A DNA stretch of 53,030 nucleotides, taken from IMG/VR virus record IMGVR_UViG_3300032136_000007, positions 1 to 53,030 of that record. The stretch is one strand, 5' to 3'. The stretch is from a virus. Taxonomy: Duplodnaviria; Caudoviricetes. The position numbers and the translations under genes are program-made. The notes under the pieces were generated by a model, which saw only the letters and a program-made list of their open reading frames with translations, was not told the DNA's origin and did not search any database. Shown here one piece after another: positions 8,852 through 17,475 of this stretch; the first letter of the stretch is position 1, and each line of letters opens with the position of its first letter.

Positions 8852-9259
8852 ATGTCCTATGTGACGATCCGTAGTGCGACTGGCGACAACCGGGTCGTGC
8901 TGTGGGAACGAGATCCGAAACATCCAGGTGGCGAGGTGTTCGTAGCTGGTGACAATCCTGTGGCCGTGTGCCTAACGGCTGCGGTGACTGATCGTATCCG
9001 GGACGGCTTGCTGGACGTGGTGGAAGTCGGAACGAGAGTGGACGCTGAGCCTGGGCCGGTGAAGGTCGAGCCGGTCCAGGCCGCCCCCCTGCTGAACGAT
9101 GTGGTGCCGGAGAAATGGCTTGACCTGCTGGCCGGCATCAACATCCACACCCTGTTCGATCTGGCCGACGCCGATCCTGACCTGCTGGTCGGCATTAAGG
9201 GGATTGGACCCAAAACCGCCGCCACCTGGATTGCTGACGCTCAGCATCTGCTGAATTAA
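8852..9259 (+). CDS. Helix-hairpin-helix domain protein
   Basis: C-terminal LADADPDLLVGIKGIGPKTA HhH motif; AGGAGG RBS. Confidence 0.75.
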   Translation: MSYVTIRSATGDNRVVLWERDPKHPGGEVFVAGDNPVAVCLTAAVTDRIRDGLLDVVEVGTRVDAEPGPVKVEPVQAAPLLNDVVPEKWLDLLAGINIHTLFDLADADPDLLVGIKGIGPKTAATWIADAQHLLN

Positions 9260-9281
9260 GACTAGAAAAGGGAGAACACGC

Positions 9282-9875
9282 ATGAAACTCAACAAGCAGA
9301 TCCATGCCGGACTGATGCTGGGCGTCATCCTGGTCCTGGCTCTGGCCGTGGGGCTGGCTGGCTGCTCTGCCGTGCCGGGCGAACCCGTGCATGTGGTCAT
9401 CGACAACGCCAGCGAGATTGGCGGTGTTGTTTTCGACCAGCCTGTCACCGTGCAGGACGAGGACGGGACCAGGGCGGCTTTGCAGAGTAACGCCAACGAG
9501 ACCGGATTCGGAGATTTGCAGGTCGCCGGCTACCTGGACGTGCGAGACACGCTCTATGTGGGCGACTGGACACACATATTCGCTCAGACGGCCATCAGCG
9601 TAACCGATGGGGCTGTCATCACGCCAACGGGCACCTACCAGCCCCTGACCAGCGCAGGCAGCGTTACGGCTACCTTGACGACCAGCTCGGACTACGTGAC
9701 TGCCGGGGATCTGCTGGTGCTGATCAACGCCAATGATACTGTGACTTCGACCGTGAATATCGTGGACAGTGGTACGGCCAAGCTGACGGCGGCTGCGGCC
9801 CTGGGCCAGTATGACAGCCTGACGCTGTGGTTCGACGGGACGAACTGGATCGAATTGAGCCGGGCCGATAACTAG
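9282..9875 (+). CDS. Putative lipoprotein with a beta-rich, head-fibre-like domain
   Basis: Basic N-terminus, hydrophobic stretch and LAGC lipobox; C-terminal DSLTLWFDGTNWIELSR. Confidence 0.6.
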   Translation: MKLNKQIHAGLMLGVILVLALAVGLAGCSAVPGEPVHVVIDNASEIGGVVFDQPVTVQDEDGTRAALQSNANETGFGDLQVAGYLDVRDTLYVGDWTHIFAQTAISVTDGAVITPTGTYQPLTSAGSVTATLTTSSDYVTAGDLLVLINANDTVTSTVNIVDSGTAKLTAAAALGQYDSLTLWFDGTNWIELSRADN

Positions 9876-9884
9876 GGGAACGCC

Positions 9885-10307
9885 GTGCCTATCCTGACCA
9901 GCGCTGACTATCCGGCCATCCGAGCGGCCCTGCATACGTCCATCACGGACACGATCCTACCCGACGCCACTATCGCCCTGGACATCTACCAGGGAGCGGC
10001 AGAGGCCGAGATCGTGCGCCGTGACCCGGATGCGCTGACCCGCACGGACGACGAGTTGACCCATATCGAGAATGCGGCGGTGCTGCTCACCGCCGCATTC
10101 CTCGCTCCAGCCGTGGAGTTGGTACAGTCCGAGTACATTCCGGGCGGGGGCTACCGCTACCAGAGGCCGGAGGTCAACTGGCAGGACCGGGCGGCTGTCC
10201 TACGCCAACGGGCCGAAACCGAACTGGCCGCCGTGCTGACGCCGACTACTGTGACCAGTGCGGCCCGGCCCACCCTTTTCGGCAAGGCATCGAGGACGTA
10301 TACCTGA
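9885..10307 (+). CDS. Head-tail adaptor/connector protein
   Basis: Size and synteny; helical gp6/gp15-like pattern. Confidence 0.6.
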   Translation: MPILTSADYPAIRAALHTSITDTILPDATIALDIYQGAAEAEIVRRDPDALTRTDDELTHIENAAVLLTAAFLAPAVELVQSEYIPGGGYRYQRPEVNWQDRAAVLRQRAETELAAVLTPTTVTSAARPTLFGKASRTYT

Positions 10308-10792
10308 TGGCCGAGTCGCTATGGGATGGGATTGACGCCTATCTGGTATCCGCTCTGACGGCTGATCTGGGCGCGGCGGCGGGCCATGCGAGCCTGGCCG
10401 TGCAGACGGTAGTCAACACGGCAGAGTGGGAGCCTCGGTCTTGGACATTCCCGGTGGCCATCGTCAACGGCGAAACGGTGTCCATTGCCGAGACCACGCA
10501 CTTTGACGGCAATCTCCATGGGGATCTGACCTATCAATATGTGCTGGCCGCCGTGGTGTCCACAACCTCCTATGCATCGGCCAGGGCCGGGGCCAAGGTG
10601 CTGGGCAAGCGGTTGATGGACAGCATGTTGGGCCGGGTCGCCCTGGGCGGACTGGCCGATGACGGGGGCACCGAGCGGGTGCAGGATACTCGGCTTGTGC
10701 GCATGGAACATTTCGTGTGGCCGGACCAGGGCAACCGGAATGTGTTCTACGGTATGGCCCGGCTGGACATGGACATCCACACGACAAGGTGA
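10307..10792 (+). CDS. Tail completion/terminator-like protein
   Basis: Overlapping stop/start, synteny upstream of the tail tube, FPVAIV motif. Confidence 0.55.
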   Translation: MAESLWDGIDAYLVSALTADLGAAAGHASLAVQTVVNTAEWEPRSWTFPVAIVNGETVSIAETTHFDGNLHGDLTYQYVLAAVVSTTSYASARAGAKVLGKRLMDSMLGRVALGGLADDGGTERVQDTRLVRMEHFVWPDQGNRNVFYGMARLDMDIHTTR

Positions 10793-10812
10793 GATATACG
10801 GCGAGGTGAGAC

Positions 10813-11217
10813 ATGTTGTTCTATCCGATGCACCCCTACCTGAATACCTGTGATGTCTTTGTCTACGGAGTCAGCAGCAAGCCCCTGGTCTACGGCCAGG
10901 GCTACGACGTGACGGACGAACGCATCATCCAGGCCTTGAGTCAAGATCCAAACTGGTCCCACACCCCCCCTCCCCACGAGCACGAGGTGGCTGCAGATTC
11001 GACAACAGTCCAGGACCGAATGAAGGATTTCCAGCAGATCAAGGGGATCGGCCCTCAGCGAGCAATGGCATTCAACGAGCTGAATATCTTCACCCTGCAA
11101 GATTTGGCGGACTACGACGCTCACACCCTGGCCCGGTTGCTAGACGGAAGCAGTCTATCCCAGGTGGTTCACTGGCAGGAACGGGCTATGAATCTGATTA
11201 TTGAGATTGGAGAATAA
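10813..11217 (+). CDS. Helix-hairpin-helix domain protein (DUF4332-like)
   Basis: DFQQIKGIGPQRA...IFTLQDLA HhH motif; GAGGTG RBS. Confidence 0.7.
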   Translation: MLFYPMHPYLNTCDVFVYGVSSKPLVYGQGYDVTDERIIQALSQDPNWSHTPPPHEHEVAADSTTVQDRMKDFQQIKGIGPQRAMAFNELNIFTLQDLADYDAHTLARLLDGSSLSQVVHWQERAMNLIIEIGE

Positions 11218-11218
11218 C

Positions 11219-12235
11219 ATGCAGCGAGAAACAAGCTCGTTTGCTCTCGGCTTTCAGGCAGCGAAGGGCTCTGCCGCCGCCAACTATGTGCGGGGCATTT
11301 TCACCAGCCATCGACATCTGGCGACCTACGATGTCATGCGGGTAGAGGGCGAACACCGGGGCTTGCATCAACGGCCCAGTGCCCACCAGTCCACGGCCCA
11401 GCGCACGGGCGTGATTGTCCCCTGGTCGGTATCGTTTGCCCTGCGTCCCTACCTGATCGGGCAGGCCCTGCTGATGGCGGGCTACAAGTGTGTCACGACA
11501 GAAAATGCGCCAGAAGCAGGGGCCTACACGCACACGTTCACCGAGGCCGATGTGGACGAGATCGGCTATGGCTCAATGCTGGAATACCTGGGCGAGGGGG
11601 CGGACCGCTACGGGGTGCGCTCTGTGGATGGCAAGGCGAACAACCTGCGCATCAATGCCAGTCGTGACGGGATCACGGTCGATGTGGGGGGCTTTGCCCT
11701 GACGCCGGGCGATGCCGTGGGGTCGGAGACAGAGACGGCAGAGGTGGATGTCCTGCTCAATCCGGCCACAGGGTCATTCACGCTCACGTCCTCGGACATC
11801 ACGGCGATGGGCACACCCCGGACCCACGAATGGACCCAGGACAACCCGCTCGACGACAGTGAGCAGCAATTACACTCCCTCTACCGGGCGTCTCTGGCCG
11901 AGAATGGACGGACCCGGAGTGGCAGCATGGGCGGGCTGGTCTTTGCCGAAGACGTGTTCCGGGAACTGGCCTATGCAGGCGGCAGCAGCCCGGTGATTGC
12001 CGTTCCGGAAGCACAGCTGTCCTGGTCCTTCGAGAGCCCGGGCGTGTTCGTCGGGACCACCAAATACAGCCTGACCTGGACCTACGCCAACTGCGAGGTG
12101 GCGTTGTCTCCGTTCGACGTGAGCGGCGACGGTCGGCTGCTCCACGATGTCACCTATACGGTACGGGACAGTGTGTCCGGTTCGCCGTCCACGGTGGTGC
12201 TGATCAACGACCTGGCAAGCTACGCCGGCAGCTAG
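11219..12235 (+). CDS. Major tail tube protein
   Basis: About 338 aa, beta-rich, YTHTFT motif, immediately upstream of chaperone and tape measure. Confidence 0.75.
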   Translation: MQRETSSFALGFQAAKGSAAANYVRGIFTSHRHLATYDVMRVEGEHRGLHQRPSAHQSTAQRTGVIVPWSVSFALRPYLIGQALLMAGYKCVTTENAPEAGAYTHTFTEADVDEIGYGSMLEYLGEGADRYGVRSVDGKANNLRINASRDGITVDVGGFALTPGDAVGSETETAEVDVLLNPATGSFTLTSSDITAMGTPRTHEWTQDNPLDDSEQQLHSLYRASLAENGRTRSGSMGGLVFAEDVFRELAYAGGSSPVIAVPEAQLSWSFESPGVFVGTTKYSLTWTYANCEVALSPFDVSGDGRLLHDVTYTVRDSVSGSPSTVVLINDLASYAGS

Positions 12236-12369
12236 TCTGACCGGCTGTAACGGGCTGTGCGGCGATTTCGGTCAATATCGCACAAGTGTTCGCTGCGCTC
12301 CAAATCGTTGAAAACAGCCTGTGTAGGGCCAGCCAGGGCCGGGAATAGGGACCATTGCAAGGAGCAACC

Positions 12370-13002
12370 ATGCCAATAGAGATTCTGTACAGGCTGCCAA
12401 CGGATGAAGATGGCGCACTGCTTGAGCAGCAGATCCGAGATTTGGATCTGCTGCTTTCACAATCCGAGGAAGACGCCGAGGCTGTGGCCGCACTGACCGA
12501 AAAACGACAGTCCCTGGTGGAGCAGTTGCCCGAGGTGGCATGGCTACGCCTGTGCGTCCGGGAGTTGTCTCGGATGGACTATGCCCACTACGAGACATTG
12601 TGGCAGGAAGGGGCGACGTGGTTCCAGGAGGAGACCGGCTACGATGTCACGGATGACATTGAGGAGCTGAGCGAGTTGGGCCGACTGCGGCGAGCGGTGT
12701 TGCTGCGGGCGGGGATGCTGGCGAGTCTGCGGCGCACCGTCAACTACAAGGCGGGCACCACGGAATATCACGCCGATACCTGCACAGTGCGGGCGGGCAC
12801 AGTACCCGGCCAGAACGATGCGTGGGAGGACAGCTACCTGCCCCTGGCTTGGATCACGGTGGACGGCTTTGTCAACGAGATGCCGGTGCAGCTCTTTGCC
12901 CATTGGAACGAGGCCGCCCATTCGCTCAACGCTGGGCTGCTGCCTCTGGCGCCGGATTTTTTAGCCGGACGCCGCGTAGTGACCAGGAGAAAGCCGACCT
13001 AG
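12370..13002 (+). CDS. Tail assembly chaperone (gpG-like)
   Basis: Between tail tube and tape measure; AAGGAG RBS; slippery T TTT TTA near the 3' end. Confidence 0.7.
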   Translation: MPIEILYRLPTDEDGALLEQQIRDLDLLLSQSEEDAEAVAALTEKRQSLVEQLPEVAWLRLCVRELSRMDYAHYETLWQEGATWFQEETGYDVTDDIEELSELGRLRRAVLLRAGMLASLRRTVNYKAGTTEYHADTCTVRAGTVPGQNDAWEDSYLPLAWITVDGFVNEMPVQLFAHWNEAAHSLNAGLLPLAPDFLAGRRVVTRRKPT

Positions 13003-13325
13003 CGGCAGTTCTGGATCGCCAACGGGAGCAGATGGACGATGCGCTCGATGTCTTACTGCACAAGGGTGATGAATCTGAGGATTCGGATTCTTGGACTGTG
13101 GCGGATCTGGAAGCGGAGCGGGGACGGTGGAAGCTGCTGAGGCCGGAACACATGGATCTGTTTGTGATGTGGCAGGCCATGAGCGGGATGGGTGGGGAGT
13201 CGCTCTACGATCTGTGGCGACTGTTCCAGGAGCCAGGCAGTGCGGCACTGCTGATAGATTTTTCCACACTCAACCGACGCTTGGCGAAGCTGAGACGACG
13301 AGAAAAGCGGCGCAAGCATGATTGA
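12957..13325 (+). CDS. Frameshift extension of the tail assembly chaperone (gpT-like, -1 frame)
   Basis: Slippery heptamer at 12957-12963 leads into the -1 open frame that ends at 13325. Confidence 0.65.
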   Translation, partial: FFSRTPRSDQEKADLAAVLDRQREQMDDALDVLLHKGDESEDSDSWTVADLEAERGRWKLLRPEHMDLFVMWQAMSGMGGESLYDLWRLFQEPGSAALLIDFSTLNRRLAKLRRREKRRKHD

Positions 13326-13809
13326 ACTACAAGCAACACCCGAAACACAACAGGCGCAGCGAGATTTCTTGGATCTGCTGGGCCGACTGCACCGGCCAAC
13401 TGTGGCCGTGCGCCGGGAGGTGGGCCGTTCGGTGCGCTTAGGCTTTTCGGAGAACTTTGTGCGCCAACGGGCGGGAGATGGGTCGGCCTGGGCTCCCCTT
13501 GCCCCGGCCACTATCCGGGATCGGATCCGACAGGGGTATGGGCCGGGGCCAAAGCTGTTCAGGACGGGCAGGCTTCTCAGATCCTATGTCGAGGAATTCC
13601 ACTCTGAACACGCTCAACGGTTCCGCATTCTGTCCAGTGGCTACCAGATGGAATACGGGTCCGACACCTACTATGCCCGGTTCCACGAATCGGGCACGCA
13701 GTCTATGCCGGCCCGCCCTGTCACGCTGCTGTCACGCCGGGCAGAGAACGGGGTCGAGGCCGCGTTGGACAACTATTTCGGCAGGGTCTTCCGAGCGGCT
13801 GGGTTCTAA
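13318..13809 (+). CDS. Phage virion morphogenesis protein (Mu gpG / P2 tail S-like)
   Basis: WAPLAPAT...LFRTGRL...YARFHESGT..MPARP signature. Confidence 0.8.
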   Translation: MIELQATPETQQAQRDFLDLLGRLHRPTVAVRREVGRSVRLGFSENFVRQRAGDGSAWAPLAPATIRDRIRQGYGPGPKLFRTGRLLRSYVEEFHSEHAQRFRILSSGYQMEYGSDTYYARFHESGTQSMPARPVTLLSRRAENGVEAALDNYFGRVFRAAGF

Positions 13810-13827
13810 TTCTGAGAATAGAGAATC

Positions 13828-15984
13828 ATGAGCAGGGAATTTCGCTATAGGGTCACAGTTGACACGGAGCAGGTGCGGGGTGCGGCCCGGACCATGCAGC
13901 GCACCTTTGAGCAGGAACTGAACCGGGTGCGGGTACAGGCCGGGGGCGGAACCACTGGACAAGCGGCAGCCGGGGGTGGGCTGCTGGGCGGGATGGGTGG
14001 CGCTTTGGTTGGGGGGCTGGCCGGTTTCGCTTCTGTGCAGGGCGCTCGGATGCTGGCCGCTGAAGTCAAACAGTGGTCAGAGTATGCGGCCACGGTCAAC
14101 TATACCAGCGAGGCGTTCAACCTGCTATCGGGGACCAGCGAGAACGCTGCGGCCAAACTCTATGCGGTGCAGTCGGCCAGTGGTGGGGCCGTCGACAGCT
14201 TACAGGCTATGAACATTGCCAACCGGGCCGGGGCGCTGGGCATGGCAACCACGGCGCAGGAGTTGGAGCGGGTCACACGGTTCGCCACCATCGCCGGGCG
14301 AGTGCTGGGCCTGGACACTGCGTCCGCATTGGACAACATGGCTCTGGCCGCGTCCAATCTGTCGTTCGTGCGCTTGGACCAGATGGGGATCAGCGCTAGC
14401 GAAACCCGCAAGATTTTCCAGGAGTTGCGGGGCGAATTGGGGGACAACAAGGCGTTCCTTGAGGCCATGCTGCAGGTGGGCGAGGCCACGTTTGCCGACC
14501 TGAGTGACTCTGCCCTGACAGTGGCCAGTGGCATCGGATTGATGACCACCCGGATACAGGAATTCAAGATTGCTGCTGCCGGGCAGGGTGGATGGCTGGA
14601 CGAGGATCTTCGCAATCTGTTCTTCCGGTTGGGTGGCAACGAAACCAGCGATCTGATTGCGCGGCTGCAGGAGCAGCAGGCCAGGAACAACAATCCTAAC
14701 TTTTGGGATCGGTTGGGCAGCCGGCTGGGGCCACCATCTGACATACGGTTTGGGGACGAGGGCCAATGGGAGCGTGTGGCGGACACTAAGGACCAGTCAG
14801 CCGCCATAGACGTACTCGCCCAGGCCATGCAGAATCTGGACCAAGCCGTCATCGATGGGGTGCCTGGCGCACAGGCGTACCAATCCGAACTGTGGGCCAT
14901 CGCCCGATCTGCCATCGAAGGGGCCATGTCCAACGAACAGATCGAGCGGCTGCAGACCATAACAGAATGGTGGCAGAATGCGGCATGGGCGGCGAGTGTG
15001 TACAACTCATACGCTTCCGCAGGACCAGCCCCGGCGATTTCTCCGAAAACCGGCGTTTTCGGGGACGAGGCATTCTCATTCATGCCCGGCCAGGGCTGGA
15101 CAAGCCTTGGCACCACGATGGGTCCAGAGGCGGCCCCAGCGGGCTATGGGCAAATCCCCTCGGGTTGGGGCGCAGAGGACTGGACCAACATGCTGGCGGA
15201 GGGGGCCAGGGAACGAGAGCGATTGGATCAGCAGTTGGCTTCGGACCAAACGCGGATCTGGCGGTCTGCCGTGGACGATATGGCCGGTGCGTTTGACCGG
15301 GCCATCAGTGGCATTCCGGGCCTGCCGGGGAAAGGACGGTCACCGACCACCCAGGAGCAGATGGACCGGGCGGCGGCGGGGTTGCCGCAGGATTTCGCTG
15401 ATGATTTCTTGCGTAGAGCCGAGGACGAACTGATCAACGGCGTTGATCGGGCTGACATCGACCGGGGATTCATCGAGCAGCTGCTTGGGGTCGGGGGCGG
15501 GATGCCGGGCGACGTGTTGTTCGGTTTGCTGTCCGAGCAGTACCAGAGCGGCCAACTGTTCGCCAACCCGTTCGCCCAGAGTAACATCGACCAGTTGATC
15601 AACTTCGACGCTGTGGGTCAGGGACTCCAAGACCAGCAAGACGCACAGACCGGAATGGCATTCGTTGAATCTCAACTAAAAGAACGATTCGGCGGCATGG
15701 ATTACGCAGGCCTCGGGCAGACGCTGACGACCGGGCTGTCGGACGTGTTCGCTGGGGGGCAGGTGGATTTTGCTGGCCAAACGGTGGGGGCGATCCAGGA
15801 CCAGTTTGCCACCGACACCGGGCGCACGGCGCTGACCGGGCTGGGGGTGACGATGGCAGAAAACCTGTTTGGCGGCTTCACTGGCGAGAACGGGGTGGCC
15901 TCGCAGCCCTGGGCGCACGCTATTGCTGCCTCGGTCAAGGCTGACATCATGGCCTGGCTTGAGCAACACATGGGGGCACAGTAG
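13828..15984 (+). CDS. Tape measure protein
   Basis: 718 aa, Ala/Gly-rich and helical, downstream of the chaperone. Confidence 0.8.
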   Translation: MSREFRYRVTVDTEQVRGAARTMQRTFEQELNRVRVQAGGGTTGQAAAGGGLLGGMGGALVGGLAGFASVQGARMLAAEVKQWSEYAATVNYTSEAFNLLSGTSENAAAKLYAVQSASGGAVDSLQAMNIANRAGALGMATTAQELERVTRFATIAGRVLGLDTASALDNMALAASNLSFVRLDQMGISASETRKIFQELRGELGDNKAFLEAMLQVGEATFADLSDSALTVASGIGLMTTRIQEFKIAAAGQGGWLDEDLRNLFFRLGGNETSDLIARLQEQQARNNNPNFWDRLGSRLGPPSDIRFGDEGQWERVADTKDQSAAIDVLAQAMQNLDQAVIDGVPGAQAYQSELWAIARSAIEGAMSNEQIERLQTITEWWQNAAWAASVYNSYASAGPAPAISPKTGVFGDEAFSFMPGQGWTSLGTTMGPEAAPAGYGQIPSGWGAEDWTNMLAEGARERERLDQQLASDQTRIWRSAVDDMAGAFDRAISGIPGLPGKGRSPTTQEQMDRAAAGLPQDFADDFLRRAEDELINGVDRADIDRGFIEQLLGVGGGMPGDVLFGLLSEQYQSGQLFANPFAQSNIDQLINFDAVGQGLQDQQDAQTGMAFVESQLKERFGGMDYAGLGQTLTTGLSDVFAGGQVDFAGQTVGAIQDQFATDTGRTALTGLGVTMAENLFGGFTGENGVASQPWAHAIAASVKADIMAWLEQHMGAQ

Positions 15985-15986
15985 AG

Positions 15987-16355
15987 ATGGCTGCACCATC
16001 ACTCAACGGGACGGCTGTTCCGCCCAGCATGGCGAACAGAGGTGTGTACCGGTTCCATCATCAGGAGATCGGCACAGTCAACGGAAACGGCGATGCTGTT
16101 CTGGCCGGGGCGCAGTCGGTCGTTTGGCAGTTCCGCCACATGGACGCCAGCGAGTTTGCATGGTGGACCACTACCCTGCTAGGCGGGGCTGCATCGCTGA
16201 CCTTGACCAGTGCGGAGTTGTGGGACCACACCGTCACCGAGCAGACGTTCACGGATGGCGTGGTCTACCTGCCGACCTATGAGGCATACCGGGGCGGACG
16301 ATTCTGGAATGTGACCGTACAGATGCGCCATCTACTTCCCCTGGTACTTTCGTGA
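15987..16355 (+). CDS. Distal tail / minor tail protein
   Basis: Synteny directly after the tape measure gene. Confidence 0.55.
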   Translation: MAAPSLNGTAVPPSMANRGVYRFHHQEIGTVNGNGDAVLAGAQSVVWQFRHMDASEFAWWTTTLLGGAASLTLTSAELWDHTVTEQTFTDGVVYLPTYEAYRGGRFWNVTVQMRHLLPLVLS

Positions 16356-16389
16356 TTCTGGTTTGATTCTGACTGTGGAGATTTAAGAC

Positions 16390-17475
16390 ATGGCAAGCAA
16401 TTTTATCCCGCTCTATCAAGACGGTTTCGACGTGCAATTTCCAGTTGGAGCGGTCGGGTTGTGGACGGCGATCGCCGGTTCTAACTCACGCATTGAGTAC
16501 ACCGATGCGATCGCTCGCTCTGGGATGGGGGCGTTACGGATCTGGAACAGTAGCGCCCTGACGGGGGGCGGCAAACTGTCTCGCACGGTCGCCAACACAA
16601 GCGACTTCTATGTAGGATTCGGGTTCTATATGGCGTCGGGCCAGGAACTGGACCAGTACAACGGCAGCAATGTCCTGGTTATGCGATTCAACGCCAGCAA
16701 TGGAGGCGGCCAGTGCGCCCTAACGGTCAACGACTCGACTTTGCAACTACAGGCTATCCGGGGACATGAAAACTCGGCCACACTGTTGCAGGCATCGACC
16801 TCATCCCTGTCCTATGACGCGTGGCACTACATTGAAGCCCATGTGGTCGTCAGCGACTCGGTGGGCGTGATGACGGTCAAGGTCAACGGGGCCACCTGGA
16901 TCGATGTGAGCGGCGAGGACACCAAGGCCCAGGCCGATGCCGGCATTGATTCTATCCAGATCGGAACCGGAAGCGGCCAAGGGGCAGGCTCGACCAAGCA
17001 CGACTTCTATTTCGATGACTACGTGTATGGGACGACTGATTTCCCTGGTCAGCCGGTGGTTATTCCTTTCGTACCGAATGCCGATGGAGCGCATAGCGCA
17101 TGGGCCTCCACGGATGTGGACATCCATAGCGCCATTGATGAACTGGGTACCTACGGGAATACACCGGACACAGCCAGCTATCTGACCGGCTCCAGTGTGT
17201 CGGACTCGGTCAGCGTGGGACTTACGGATCTGGGCCGCACAGGGCAGGTGCTGGGTGTACAGATCGCCACTTACCTGCAGAAAAGTGATACCGGCGCGGC
17301 GGAAGTGGACCAGTTTTTCCGTTTGTCTGGAACGGACCATGTAGAGGGTGCCATATCACCTAGCACTTCATGGAATTGGGCCATCCACATGAGTACGCAG
17401 AACCCGGACACCGTTGCTCCCTGGACGGTTTCGGGGGTCGATGCACTGGAATTGGGCTGGACAAAGACAACATGA
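16390..17475 (+). CDS. Minor tail protein with a LamG/concanavalin-like domain
   Basis: WHYIEAH...VKVNG...YFDD beta-sandwich pattern. Confidence 0.65.
   Translation: MASNFIPLYQDGFDVQFPVGAVGLWTAIAGSNSRIEYTDAIARSGMGALRIWNSSALTGGGKLSRTVANTSDFYVGFGFYMASGQELDQYNGSNVLVMRFNASNGGGQCALTVNDSTLQLQAIRGHENSATLLQASTSSLSYDAWHYIEAHVVVSDSVGVMTVKVNGATWIDVSGEDTKAQADAGIDSIQIGTGSGQGAGSTKHDFYFDDYVYGTTDFPGQPVVIPFVPNADGAHSAWASTDVDIHSAIDELGTYGNTPDTASYLTGSSVSDSVSVGLTDLGRTGQVLGVQIATYLQKSDTGAAEVDQFFRLSGTDHVEGAISPSTSWNWAIHMSTQNPDTVAPWTVSGVDALELGWTKTT

Noticed and set aside
9885-16355. Contractile tail (myovirus) module
   Set aside because: No sheath-sized gene or baseplate J/wedge genes recognised, despite the Mu gpG-like gene.
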